From an uncultured Candidatus Saccharibacteria bacterium (GTDB taxonomy: Bacteria; Patescibacteriota; Minisyncoccia; Ryanbacterales; GWA2-47-10b): 64,000 nt of DNA. A model generated the notes under the pieces. The model was not told the origin of the DNA, ran no database searches, and saw only the letters and a list, made by a program, of their open reading frames with translations. Positions 45,644 through 54,869 of this stretch are shown here, in pieces. Location: the NCBI GenBank assembly GCA_964356915.1, contig CAYHJF010000001.1:146200-210199 (forward strand). Reading direction: 5' to 3'. Within the stretch, counting starts at the first letter, position 1. Each line of letters opens with the position of its first letter. The position numbers were made by a program, and so were the translations under genes.

Positions 45644-47164
45644 ATGTCGAGCACTCTTGTATCCGGACAGGTCGTAGGTCTGAAAGGCGTTCGCATTGAT
45701 GTTGAGATCGATCTTTTACCCGGACTTCATCGTTTTACAATCGTTGGACTTCCTGACAAAGCAACTGAAGAAGCGCGTGAACGAGTATCCGCAGCGATTA
45801 AAAACTCTAACTTTCGTCCTCCCCAAAAGAAAAATCACCGTATCACCGTAAATCTCGCGCCGGCAGATCTCCCCAAAGAAGGCGCCTTATTTGATATACC
45901 GATCGCGCTCGGATATCTACGTGAATCTGAACAGTTAAAATTTGACCCGCAAGGAAAATTTTTCGTAGGAGAGCTCGCACTCGATGGTACCGTACGACCT
46001 GTGCGTGGCATACTACCTCTCGCTATCGCGGCTCGTGATTTTGGATGCACGGAGCTTTTTATCCCAAAAGAAAACGTACCTGAAGCATCTTTGATTGATG
46101 GGATTTCTATCTTTGAAGTCTCGACGTTGCGCGCGCTTACTGATCACCTCACAGGAACAGCACCCATCACACCAACAGCTCATAGAAAATTTGTACCAAC
46201 TCCTCATGAAACACGACATGATTTTCATGACATTAAAGGGCAAGAATTCGCGAAGCGAGGATTAGAAATCGCGGCAGCGGGAAATCATCATGTCGCATTT
46301 ATTGGACCCCCAGGAACAGGTAAGACACTCCTCGCGCGAGCGCTAGCCTCTGTTTTGCCACCGCTTTCTTTTAAGGAAGCTCTTGAAATCACATCAATCC
46401 ATAGTATTGCAGGCTCACTCGGACAAGGAGTCATGAGTACTCGTCCTTATCGTAGCCCACACCATACAACATCCTACGTCGCCCTCATTGGAGGTGGAAC
46501 AATTCCAAAGCCAGGAGAGATCACTCTCGCCCATAAAGGAGTACTATTCCTTGATGAATTTCCTGAATTTGAGCGACGTGTCATTGAAACGCTTCGCGAA
46601 CCACTCGAGGAGCGCTCGGTCACCGTCTCACGCGCCAAAGGTTCAATGAATTTCCCTGCTGACATCATGCTTGTTGCAGCAATGAATCCGTGTCCGTGCG
46701 GGAATCGCGGGTCTCAAAAAGAATGCGTCTGCGCGCCTCGAGATCTTCTGCGCTATTCAAGAAAAATATCTGGCCCAATCATTGATCGTATTGATATTTG
46801 GCTCACAATGTCTCCCGTAGACTATAAAAAATTGGAAGAAAAATCTTCCGGAGAATCTTCCACCCTCATACGAAAACGTGTTGAGAAAGCACGTTTACTC
46901 CAACAAAAACGTTTTTCAAAAACTACAATCTCCACAAACAGTCAGATGGGCATTAAAGAACTTAAAACATTCGCCTCTCTCGGCGAAGATGAGCAACAAT
47001 TACTCGAAGTTGCGGCAAAAAAACTCGACCTCTCCGCACGAGCATACCATCGAGTTATTAAGGTTGCGCGCACAATCGCAGATCTTGAAAACTCAAAGAC
47101 GATTAAAAAGGAACACCTTTTGGAAGCTCTTCGCTATAGACCACACCTTGAGACCCTTGAGTAA
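45644..47164 (+). CDS. comM: YifB/ComM-family Mg-chelatase-like AAA+ ATPase
   Basis: N-terminal Lon-protease-like domain. Walker A GPPGTGKT, Walker B LFLDEF. C-terminal Mg-chelatase ChlI domain and Cys cluster (CPCGNRGSQKECVC). 506 aa. Confidence 0.8.
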   Translation: MSSTLVSGQVVGLKGVRIDVEIDLLPGLHRFTIVGLPDKATEEARERVSAAIKNSNFRPPQKKNHRITVNLAPADLPKEGALFDIPIALGYLRESEQLKFDPQGKFFVGELALDGTVRPVRGILPLAIAARDFGCTELFIPKENVPEASLIDGISIFEVSTLRALTDHLTGTAPITPTAHRKFVPTPHETRHDFHDIKGQEFAKRGLEIAAAGNHHVAFIGPPGTGKTLLARALASVLPPLSFKEALEITSIHSIAGSLGQGVMSTRPYRSPHHTTSYVALIGGGTIPKPGEITLAHKGVLFLDEFPEFERRVIETLREPLEERSVTVSRAKGSMNFPADIMLVAAMNPCPCGNRGSQKECVCAPRDLLRYSRKISGPIIDRIDIWLTMSPVDYKKLEEKSSGESSTLIRKRVEKARLLQQKRFSKTTISTNSQMGIKELKTFASLGEDEQQLLEVAAKKLDLSARAYHRVIKVARTIADLENSKTIKKEHLLEALRYRPHLETLE

Positions 47165-47181
47165 CTGAGTACAATAGAATA

Positions 47182-47841
47182 ATGCGCATCTCTGAACTTA
47201 TGACGAAGGAAGTACTTTCCGTTCTTCCCTCAACTCCATTTATTCAGGCGGCTGCACTGTTAGTAAAAAATAATTACTCTGGGCTTCCTGTAGTGGACGA
47301 AGAAAATAACATCGTCGGAGTTTTGACCGAATATGACATGATCATCAGAGGGTCGCAACTCCACATGCCCACATTTATATCATTACTTGAACAATTGCCC
47401 GTTCACTCACGAGACAAATCGCCCTTTAACGCGAATCTTCAAAAAATCATAGACCTGAAAGTAGCAGATGTCATGAATCCAGACCCACTTACCACTGAAG
47501 AAAACAGCTCTATCGATGATGTTGTTCGAATATTCGCCGAGCATCACCGAGTCAATCCAATCCCCGTCATTTCACATGATAAAAAACTCGTTGGCATCAT
47601 AAGCAGATTTGATATTATTAAATTTTTTGCTCCTGCAGACGTCTTAGAAGCTCAGGAAATAGCAAATAAACGAAATCTGGATACGAGTATTAGCCTATTC
47701 ATTCGATCGTTCCGGCGACGCTTCGTGCTTGTTTCGCGCTACCGCACAGCATACTGGCTTCTCATCAGCTTCTCCTTCATGCTCATCGGGTTCATTATCG
47801 CCATGGCCTTGATGCTAAGAATCGTCATCAACGGCTATTAG
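47182..47841 (+). CDS. CBS-pair domain protein with C-terminal TM anchor
   Basis: Two CBS motifs (GLPVVDEENNIVGVLTEYDMI; PIPVISHDKKLVGIISRFDIIKF) and a terminal hydrophobic helix. Confidence 0.6.
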   Translation: MRISELMTKEVLSVLPSTPFIQAAALLVKNNYSGLPVVDEENNIVGVLTEYDMIIRGSQLHMPTFISLLEQLPVHSRDKSPFNANLQKIIDLKVADVMNPDPLTTEENSSIDDVVRIFAEHHRVNPIPVISHDKKLVGIISRFDIIKFFAPADVLEAQEIANKRNLDTSISLFIRSFRRRFVLVSRYRTAYWLLISFSFMLIGFIIAMALMLRIVINGY

Positions 47842-47870
47842 TAACACGGACTTAAAAAGCCTTCTTACTA

Positions 47871-47900
47871 TAAAACGCCCCTTGGGGGGCGTTTTATTTT
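47871..47900. terminator. bidirectional terminator between the CBS gene and the M23 peptidase gene
   Basis: aaaacgcccc-ttgg-ggggcgtttt. Confidence 0.7.
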
Positions 47901-47924
47901 ATCTACTATTTTTATTTTTGAAAA

Positions 47925-48971
47925 CTAAAAAGGATTTTTTGCTCCACGAATCTCAAAGTGAAGATGACAACCAGTTGACTTACCTGTCGTACCAACAAGA
48001 CCAATGAGCTGGCCTTGCGTAACGCCCGCAGCAACTGATACGTCAACGGAACTTAAGTGCGCATACAATGTCTGCGTACCATTTGGATGCGCGATCGCGA
48101 CATACTTTCCATATCCTCCATTCCATCCGGACGAACGAGCGATCGCGACAGTACCACCAGCAGAAGCATACACGGGAGTCCCACATGAGTTAGCAAGATC
48201 AACGCCATTATATCCATGCACTCCACGAGATCGACGTCCTCCTGAAACTGGACGAATATAATACCCCGCAATTTCTGGACCTCCTGCACGCACATAAGTA
48301 GGAGTGCTACCACTCGGTCGCGTATCGACAGGTGGAGCCGTGAGCTCACCATCGGGCACAAGAACTACTGACCCCGCAGCAAGCGCCTCTCCAACCGTCA
48401 GGCCGTTGAAATCATAAATATCATCGGGATCACCACCATATTTTTTTGCGATCGATGCAACCGTATCGCCCCTTGCAACAGTATGCTTCACACCAGAGAC
48501 CGGAAGAATAACGAGTACTTGCCCAGGTTTAATTGACCCTGTACGCGAGATATCATTTGCCCAGCGAATCGTTGCTGGAGTAATATCAAATGTTTCTGCA
48601 ATAAGTGAAATTGTGTCACCCTCCCGTACTGTGTATGTCGTAATACGATATGACTGACTGAGTTCGGCTACATCTGCAATACTACCCATCGGCCCCACAA
48701 CGGGGACAAGCGCCGCATCATCAACGATCTCAAGACCGCCACCCCCAACTGCAATTTTTGGATCCGAGTTCTGAACTGCAGACAAAAAAGGGAATGGCTT
48801 TGCGGTCGCCTCCGTTGTCTCGGCTGCCGCATCAATTGACCATCCAAAGAAGCTTTTTATAAATCCCGTGAAACTAAAAGCGCTCGCCTGAAGAGGGAGC
48901 GCGAAAAGCAGTGACGCAATAAAAATAGCGCCTAACGTACCCCTTGAAACATGATTTTTTTGTCTTAACAC
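47925..48971 (-). CDS. LysM-domain M23 family metallopeptidase (peptidoglycan hydrolase)
   Basis: Signal/TM. Two LysM motifs (YTVREGDTISLIAETFDI; HTVARGDTVASIAKKYGG). M23 HxxxD and HLHFE active-site motifs (GVDLAN..GTPVYA...HLHFEIR). Confidence 0.75.
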   Translation of the reverse strand: MLRQKNHVSRGTLGAIFIASLLFALPLQASAFSFTGFIKSFFGWSIDAAAETTEATAKPFPFLSAVQNSDPKIAVGGGGLEIVDDAALVPVVGPMGSIADVAELSQSYRITTYTVREGDTISLIAETFDITPATIRWANDISRTGSIKPGQVLVILPVSGVKHTVARGDTVASIAKKYGGDPDDIYDFNGLTVGEALAAGSVVLVPDGELTAPPVDTRPSGSTPTYVRAGGPEIAGYYIRPVSGGRRSRGVHGYNGVDLANSCGTPVYASAGGTVAIARSSGWNGGYGKYVAIAHPNGTQTLYAHLSSVDVSVAAGVTQGQLIGLVGTTGKSTGCHLHFEIRGAKNPF

Positions 48972-49136
48972 GCGTATTCAATAGATGAAGGAAGTTTGAT
49001 AAGGCGTCTACAGCCCTCTCATACCCCTCTGTAACCGTCCACATATCATAGCTTTTTTAAGGTCATTTTTCAATGATTCTGTGGACGTAAAAAGTGGCTT
49101 GAAATAAGGACTTTTTACCCTTACAGTGAGATAATC

Positions 49137-51065
49137 GTGGCAATTCTCGACGGGCTCAATGATCGACAAAAAGAGGCAGTTTTGACTCAAAACGGGCCTT
49201 TATTAGTTATTGCCGGCGCAGGATCAGGAAAAACAAAAACTATCACTCACCGAATCGCCCATTTAATCGCAAACGGCGTAGAACCCAGTAAAATCCTTGC
49301 GGTTACATTCACCAATAAAGCCGCCGAAGAAATGAAAGAGCGGGTCTTCGCGCTCCTTCAAAAAGAAGGGCTGCATTCCTCAGAATGGAACCGTCCTTTT
49401 ATTGGAACCTTTCATGCGCTCGGTGTATCCATACTTCGCAGTCATGGATCTGCGATTGGCATCCCAAAAAACTTCAACATTCTCGACGAAGAAGACACTC
49501 GTCAAGTTTTTAAAAATCTCGTAAAAGAGTACGAACTTGATCCTGATGTATACGCACCCCAGCGCATACGATCGATCATCTCGAAATTAAAGCAGGACCT
49601 AACAGACCCCGCGCTCTATGCGGAACGTGTTGGCGCAAGTCCCTTTGAGCGCGCGGTCCTCATGATATACGGAGCGTATGAAGCAAATCTTTTCAAAACT
49701 CACGCCCTCGACTTTGACGATCTTTTAATGAAAACAATTATCTTATTTGAAAAATCAGAAACTGCGCGAGCATACTACGAACAACGCTGGGATTACATCC
49801 ATATCGACGAGTACCAAGACACAAATCAAGCGCAATATCTTCTCTCGCGTATTCTCGCGAGACGCACGAGCAACATCACAGTCGTTGGAGACGTTGATCA
49901 GGCGATTTATTCTTGGCGAGGGGCTGATTGGAGAAATATCTTACAATTTGAAGAAGATTGGCAAAATACAAAAACTATTCTTCTTGAAGAAAACTATCGC
50001 TCAACAGAAGTTATTCTTGAGGCTGCCAATGCGCTCATAGAGCACAATACGGAACGAAAAGAAAAAATTCTCTGGACTCAACGTAAAGGTGGGGAAAAAA
50101 TTGGACTCATCATTCTTGAAGATGAAAAGATGGAAGCACTCTTCATCGCTACCTACATACAACTTCTTGAAAAAAATGGCGCGCGTCTCGACGAGATAGC
50201 AGTACTTTTTCGTACCAATGCGCAATCGCGCGCAATCGAAGAAATGTTTTTAAAAAGAAAAATTCCTTACCGTCTTGTTTCTGGAGTTCGCTTTTATGAA
50301 CGAAAAGAAATTAAAGATGTTCTTGCGTATCTCAAATTCGCCTCAAACCCGTCTGATACGCTTTCTCAAAAAAGAATCTTGAATACACCTCCACGCGGTA
50401 TCGGCAAAGTTACCATGCTTAAATATCTAGGCGGAATGGCACTCGGGCGCCCTGAACAAGAGAAAATAGCCCGATTCCAAGACGTTATGGCTCGCATACA
50501 AAATGATATTACTTCTCTCCCAACATCCACAGCATTAAAAAATCTCCTCAATCATGCCGGCTTTGCATTCCACTATAAGGGGAACAAACTCGAGGAAGAC
50601 CGCTGGCAAAACATTCAAGAACTTCTTTCAGTTGCTCAAAAATTTGATAGCGTCAGTCCTCCCGAGGGGATTGAACGATTACTAACTGAAGCAGCACTGA
50701 TGAGCGAAACTGAAGAAACGGAAATACCGGAACATCAAGTCACACTCCTTACCGCACACTCAGCAAAGGGTCTTGAGTATCGCCATGTTATCATTGCCGG
50801 CATGGAAGAAGGATTATTTCCTCACAGTCTTTCCGAAACAAATTCGGACGTGGAAGAAGAGCGGCGACTTTTTTATGTTGCTCTCACACGAGCAAAAGAG
50901 AAACTTATTATCACACTCTCTCATAAACGGATGATTTTTGGAGAAACGTCTTACAATGATCCGTCTCGATTCTTAGGAGAAATCCCTGATCACCTTATCG
51001 AACATGCCTCTCTTGATCCACGCCACGACTCATCATATGAAGAAGAAACCATCTCGTTTGACTAA
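49137..51065 (+). CDS. pcrA: UvrD/PcrA-type ATP-dependent DNA helicase
   Basis: Motif I AGAGSGKTKTITHR, motif II DEYQDTN, and the rest of the SF1 helicase motifs through VALTRAKE. 642 aa. Confidence 0.85.
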   Translation: MAILDGLNDRQKEAVLTQNGPLLVIAGAGSGKTKTITHRIAHLIANGVEPSKILAVTFTNKAAEEMKERVFALLQKEGLHSSEWNRPFIGTFHALGVSILRSHGSAIGIPKNFNILDEEDTRQVFKNLVKEYELDPDVYAPQRIRSIISKLKQDLTDPALYAERVGASPFERAVLMIYGAYEANLFKTHALDFDDLLMKTIILFEKSETARAYYEQRWDYIHIDEYQDTNQAQYLLSRILARRTSNITVVGDVDQAIYSWRGADWRNILQFEEDWQNTKTILLEENYRSTEVILEAANALIEHNTERKEKILWTQRKGGEKIGLIILEDEKMEALFIATYIQLLEKNGARLDEIAVLFRTNAQSRAIEEMFLKRKIPYRLVSGVRFYERKEIKDVLAYLKFASNPSDTLSQKRILNTPPRGIGKVTMLKYLGGMALGRPEQEKIARFQDVMARIQNDITSLPTSTALKNLLNHAGFAFHYKGNKLEEDRWQNIQELLSVAQKFDSVSPPEGIERLLTEAALMSETEETEIPEHQVTLLTAHSAKGLEYRHVIIAGMEEGLFPHSLSETNSDVEEERRLFYVALTRAKEKLIITLSHKRMIFGETSYNDPSRFLGEIPDHLIEHASLDPRHDSSYEEETISFD

Positions 51066-51801
51066 TACCGTGCCGACCAGACCAAATAAACTACTTGGCC
51101 AAAATTTTTTGCGCTCAGAAAAAATTGTACTTAAAATCATCGATACGGCAAAACTTTCTTCGAGTGACACTGTGCTTGAAGTGGGACCGGGGAAAGGCAT
51201 ACTCACAAAAGAACTCGTCTCTCGAGCAGGTCATGTTATCGCAATCGAAAAAGATGCGCGATTCGCTGAACATATTAAACAAGAATTCGCTCGCGAAAAA
51301 AACTTAGAAATACTCTGTAACGACATCCTTCGTATCGACCGTGAGCTCATCGGCCTTCGAGAAGGAGACTACACTATCGTCGCAAATCTTCCTTACTATC
51401 TTACGTCTCATTTTCTTAGACTTTTTTTAGAAAAATCGCCACGACCAAAAACAATGGTCCTTATGGTACAAAAAGAAGTTGCGCTTCGCATCATTGCTTC
51501 ACCTCCTAATATGAATTTACTTGCGCTGTCCGTCCAAGCATTCGGAAGACCACGTATCGTTGTACGCGTGCCCAAAGAGCTTTTCAGTCCAAAACCAAAA
51601 GTTGACTCCGCTGTTATTGAAATATCTCAAATAAGCGAAAAGTTCTTTACAGACAACCACATTACGCCATCTCAATTCTTTCAACTTACTAAAAAAGCAT
51701 TTGCACAAAAGCGCAAAATGCTTAGAAACTCACTTGGCATCAACTCTGAAAAGCGCCCTCAAGAACTTTCGCTTGAAGATTGGTTAGTTCATCTGCGTTG
51801 A
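51037..51801 (+). CDS. rsmA: 16S rRNA (adenine1518/1519-N6)-dimethyltransferase RsmA/KsgA
   Basis: LGQNFL, VLEVGPGKGILT (SAM motif I), NLPY motif. Start at the internal Met overlapping the helicase end. Confidence 0.8.
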   Translation: MKKKPSRLTNTVPTRPNKLLGQNFLRSEKIVLKIIDTAKLSSSDTVLEVGPGKGILTKELVSRAGHVIAIEKDARFAEHIKQEFAREKNLEILCNDILRIDRELIGLREGDYTIVANLPYYLTSHFLRLFLEKSPRPKTMVLMVQKEVALRIIASPPNMNLLALSVQAFGRPRIVVRVPKELFSPKPKVDSAVIEISQISEKFFTDNHITPSQFFQLTKKAFAQKRKMLRNSLGINSEKRPQELSLEDWLVHLR

Positions 51802-52956
51802 ACCATTTTCGCCCGTAGACCCACCACTTCCCTCTGAACTATTTGAATTACCGGAATCATCAGTACCTTGATTTTCGTTTGTTTTCTGTGGGTCATCGCA
51901 AGCGCATTTATTTGTATATTCGGAGACATTACCAATGGTTGGTGGAAAGATTCCATCCCAAATTGCATTATTCCATCCCTCGCACGTCTTATTGAGACAC
52001 CCTAGATGAATGTCACAAAGCTCTGACTGTGCATCTTTACCTGCAAATGGCCCACAATCGGTCATGAAAACAGGGATATATCCGTAAAACTTAATCCCGC
52101 AATTACAACAAAAAGAGTAAAAATCCTTTCCTACGTTGCCTTGTGCAGGATTGATACCCTTGAAACACGTATCAAAGGTCTCCCAAATCCCAGGAACATT
52201 AATTTGGGCGTGAGCCTCTGGCACCGCAGTAAATACAAGAGAAATAACACGTCCTAACTGCTCTTCATAATCAGCGATAACGGGGTGAGACAAGTCAAAA
52301 ACATCAAAAATCGATGCCTGAGGTCTACGTAAAAGAGCTTTTCTTTGCTCAAGCAGTCTCGGATATCCCTTTGTAACTGCATACCGCGCCGCCGCTCGAG
52401 CCTTTTCGTCAGGATATGCTCCGTGATCAATAAGAATCTCTTGTGTCGCACCTAAAAACTCCAAGACCCGAGGCTCTGTATCAAGTGCCTTGCGTTTCTG
52501 CGAGTCAATCCATCCAATTTCAATGAGCTGACCTTGAATATGGTTAAGGCTTGCAAGATAAAAACTTGGGAACAAGTCATCAAAAATCTCCCGTTCGCTC
52601 AATACTTTCTGTGCGGGAAGATTCTGAGGGTTTTTTATAGGATTAACGATCGGCTTTGTGATAGAGCTGAAAGGATCCACAATATTCTCAAATGGAACGG
52701 GGACAATGGTCTGACCCCCAAAACCACCTCCACTCTCTCCAAATGCGTTCAATATCTGCTGATTTTTTGGCTTATTTGTGTCTTGAGGTCTCGTAAGAGA
52801 TACATTTGGCGTTTCCACTCCAACCTGATGAACATTTCCAGTAAAAAAACCACCGAGCACTCCGAGTGCAATAATAAAAACCCCCACAATGCCAACAAGT
52901 TGCAAACGACCAATTTCCATCAACGCCAGTATACACCCGAAAAATTCTTTATCCAC
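51784..52956 (-). CDS. hypothetical N-terminally anchored extracytoplasmic protein with Cys-rich C-terminal region
   Basis: TM helix near the N-terminus. Cys cluster (CFKG..CCNCG..C..CD..C..C..C.C). S/G-rich tail. Divergent from the secretion operon. Confidence 0.35.
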   Translation of the reverse strand: MDKEFFGCILALMEIGRLQLVGIVGVFIIALGVLGGFFTGNVHQVGVETPNVSLTRPQDTNKPKNQQILNAFGESGGGFGGQTIVPVPFENIVDPFSSITKPIVNPIKNPQNLPAQKVLSEREIFDDLFPSFYLASLNHIQGQLIEIGWIDSQKRKALDTEPRVLEFLGATQEILIDHGAYPDEKARAAARYAVTKGYPRLLEQRKALLRRPQASIFDVFDLSHPVIADYEEQLGRVISLVFTAVPEAHAQINVPGIWETFDTCFKGINPAQGNVGKDFYSFCCNCGIKFYGYIPVFMTDCGPFAGKDAQSELCDIHLGCLNKTCEGWNNAIWDGIFPPTIGNVSEYTNKCACDDPQKTNENQGTDDSGNSNSSEGSGGSTGENGSTQMN

Positions 52957-52972
52957 AAATAATTAAGGACTT

Positions 52973-53878
52973 TTGCACAGGATTGAGTGGTATAATAATA
53001 GCGGTGAAAAATATTCACCAACCACTTTGAGTTACATGCCTTCGAAAAAAATTCTTTTTGCCATCACCCTTGCTCTCACCATTATCGGTGGTACTGTTTT
53101 TGTCTCTAATCACAACGAAAGTCAAAAGAATATCATCCCAAAGCATGAGGCGGCGCTAAAAGCAGAGGTTATTCGTTCAGGAAAAGATTGGCAAAACACA
53201 CTTTCCGATAATCAATCCTTAAGCGGAAAGCAATTTACAACAAACCCCGAACAGAATCTCTTTGAAAACCTGGTACGCGGATATGGAGAAACGGTTATTT
53301 CAAACCAAACAACCAACCTCTCACAAGAATCGCTCCAAAATATTGCGGACGCCGTTGCGGCTGATGCTGACCTATCGGTAAAGGCAAATAAAAACCCTTA
53401 CTCCGCGACCGACGTAATGGTAGATCAGAAAGAAACGGTGAAAGAATACTTTAATAATGTTGCTCGCATAAGTAAGAAGTATTTTCCCGACAACTCAAAC
53501 AATGAAATTCTCGTAATAGGCAAAGCAGCCGCGACCAAACAAGTACAGACATTAGCAGAAGAGTTACAGTCTCATCATTATAGTTATAGCCAAGTAGCAA
53601 AAGAACTTGCTCGCGTTCATGTTCCACCGGAAGCGGTTGAAGTACATGTGGCATTTCTCAACTCATTTGCAAATGTTGCGCTCGCGATAGATGAAATTAG
53701 CGCGTTTAGCAGGAAAGACCCCCTCACTGGAGTACTTGGAATGGAAAACTACAAACTTGAACTTATTGAAGTCCCAAAAATATTTGCAAAAGCAAAGGCA
53801 CTAGCTCAAGCAAATCACATCGTATTTGCATCCGATGAGCCTGGGTACGAACTTCAAAAATATTTTGACAAAATATGA
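52973..53878 (+). CDS. hypothetical membrane-anchored protein (first gene of the secretion-system operon)
   Basis: TM (ILFAITLALTIIGGTVFV). True start possibly the internal Met at 53036. 4-nt overlap with the next gene. Confidence 0.35.
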   Translation: MHRIEWYNNSGEKYSPTTLSYMPSKKILFAITLALTIIGGTVFVSNHNESQKNIIPKHEAALKAEVIRSGKDWQNTLSDNQSLSGKQFTTNPEQNLFENLVRGYGETVISNQTTNLSQESLQNIADAVAADADLSVKANKNPYSATDVMVDQKETVKEYFNNVARISKKYFPDNSNNEILVIGKAAATKQVQTLAEELQSHHYSYSQVAKELARVHVPPEAVEVHVAFLNSFANVALAIDEISAFSRKDPLTGVLGMENYKLELIEVPKIFAKAKALAQANHIVFASDEPGYELQKYFDKI

Positions 53879-54867
53879 TCTCTAAACGCTACCAAAAAAT
53901 TATTGCGACATCTCTCCTTTTACTTTTGGTACACGCGGAGATTGCGCTCGCTGTCGTACCAACATGGGATGTAGGATTGAACGGACCTCCTCCAACTTTA
54001 AGTTTGGGTAACTACGGGATTCTCACTGCTCAAAGCGGTTGGGATGTAAGTAAAGAAAAGCAAATTGTTCTTCCGAGCCTTGATCTTTCCTCTATTGGAA
54101 GTTTTGCCTCAAGTGTTGCTGACGCGGCAGCATCTGCGGCATCAAACCTTATTCCTTCATGGGATAATATTATGTGGTATTTAACCCGCCTGATTGTGCA
54201 AGAATTGAAAAAAGAAGTCATTAGCTGGGCACAAGGAGGATTTCAAGGCGGGCCATCATTTATTGAGAACCCTGAACGATTTTTCACGAATGTGGGAGAC
54301 CAAGCATCTGCAATATTTATGGAAGAATTGGGCACTCGACTGACGGGAAATCCAAATTTTCTCTGTGAAGATTTCTCGTTCCAAATTCAACTCGCACTCC
54401 CCGGATATGGTAAATATGAAACACGCGCGGGATGTACAATCAACAAAGCAACCGAAAACTTTAAAAACATGTCGCAACACTTTGATAACTTTGAGAAAGG
54501 CGGATGGAAATCATTCGTTAATATCTCTCAAGAACAAAATAATTTTGGTGGGGCATACATGATGACATTTGATGCACGAAACGCTGCGATCAACCAGGCG
54601 ATTGGGAATCGCGCAGCAGCAGCTGGGTGGTCACAAGGATATCTTGGATCAGAAAATTGCCCTCCTGGCGCGCGAACACAATATGGGTGTCGAGGCTTTA
54701 AAGTCCAAACCCCTGGGAAACTTATCGGTGACCGTGTCGCACAAGCAGTGGGTACCGACTTTGAATCAGTTATCACCGCCGATGAGGTGGGGGAGGTGAT
54801 ACAAGTTCTTATCGATATGGCGATACAAAAGGTTGTTACCGATCTCGCGAATGGAGATAACGAATAA
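53875..54867 (+). CDS. hypothetical secreted protein (signal peptide)
   Basis: MISKRYQKIIATSLLLLLVHAEIALA signal peptide. Translationally coupled on both sides. Confidence 0.35.
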   Translation: MISKRYQKIIATSLLLLLVHAEIALAVVPTWDVGLNGPPPTLSLGNYGILTAQSGWDVSKEKQIVLPSLDLSSIGSFASSVADAAASAASNLIPSWDNIMWYLTRLIVQELKKEVISWAQGGFQGGPSFIENPERFFTNVGDQASAIFMEELGTRLTGNPNFLCEDFSFQIQLALPGYGKYETRAGCTINKATENFKNMSQHFDNFEKGGWKSFVNISQEQNNFGGAYMMTFDARNAAINQAIGNRAAAAGWSQGYLGSENCPPGARTQYGCRGFKVQTPGKLIGDRVAQAVGTDFESVITADEVGEVIQVLIDMAIQKVVTDLANGDNE

Positions 54868-54869
54868 TT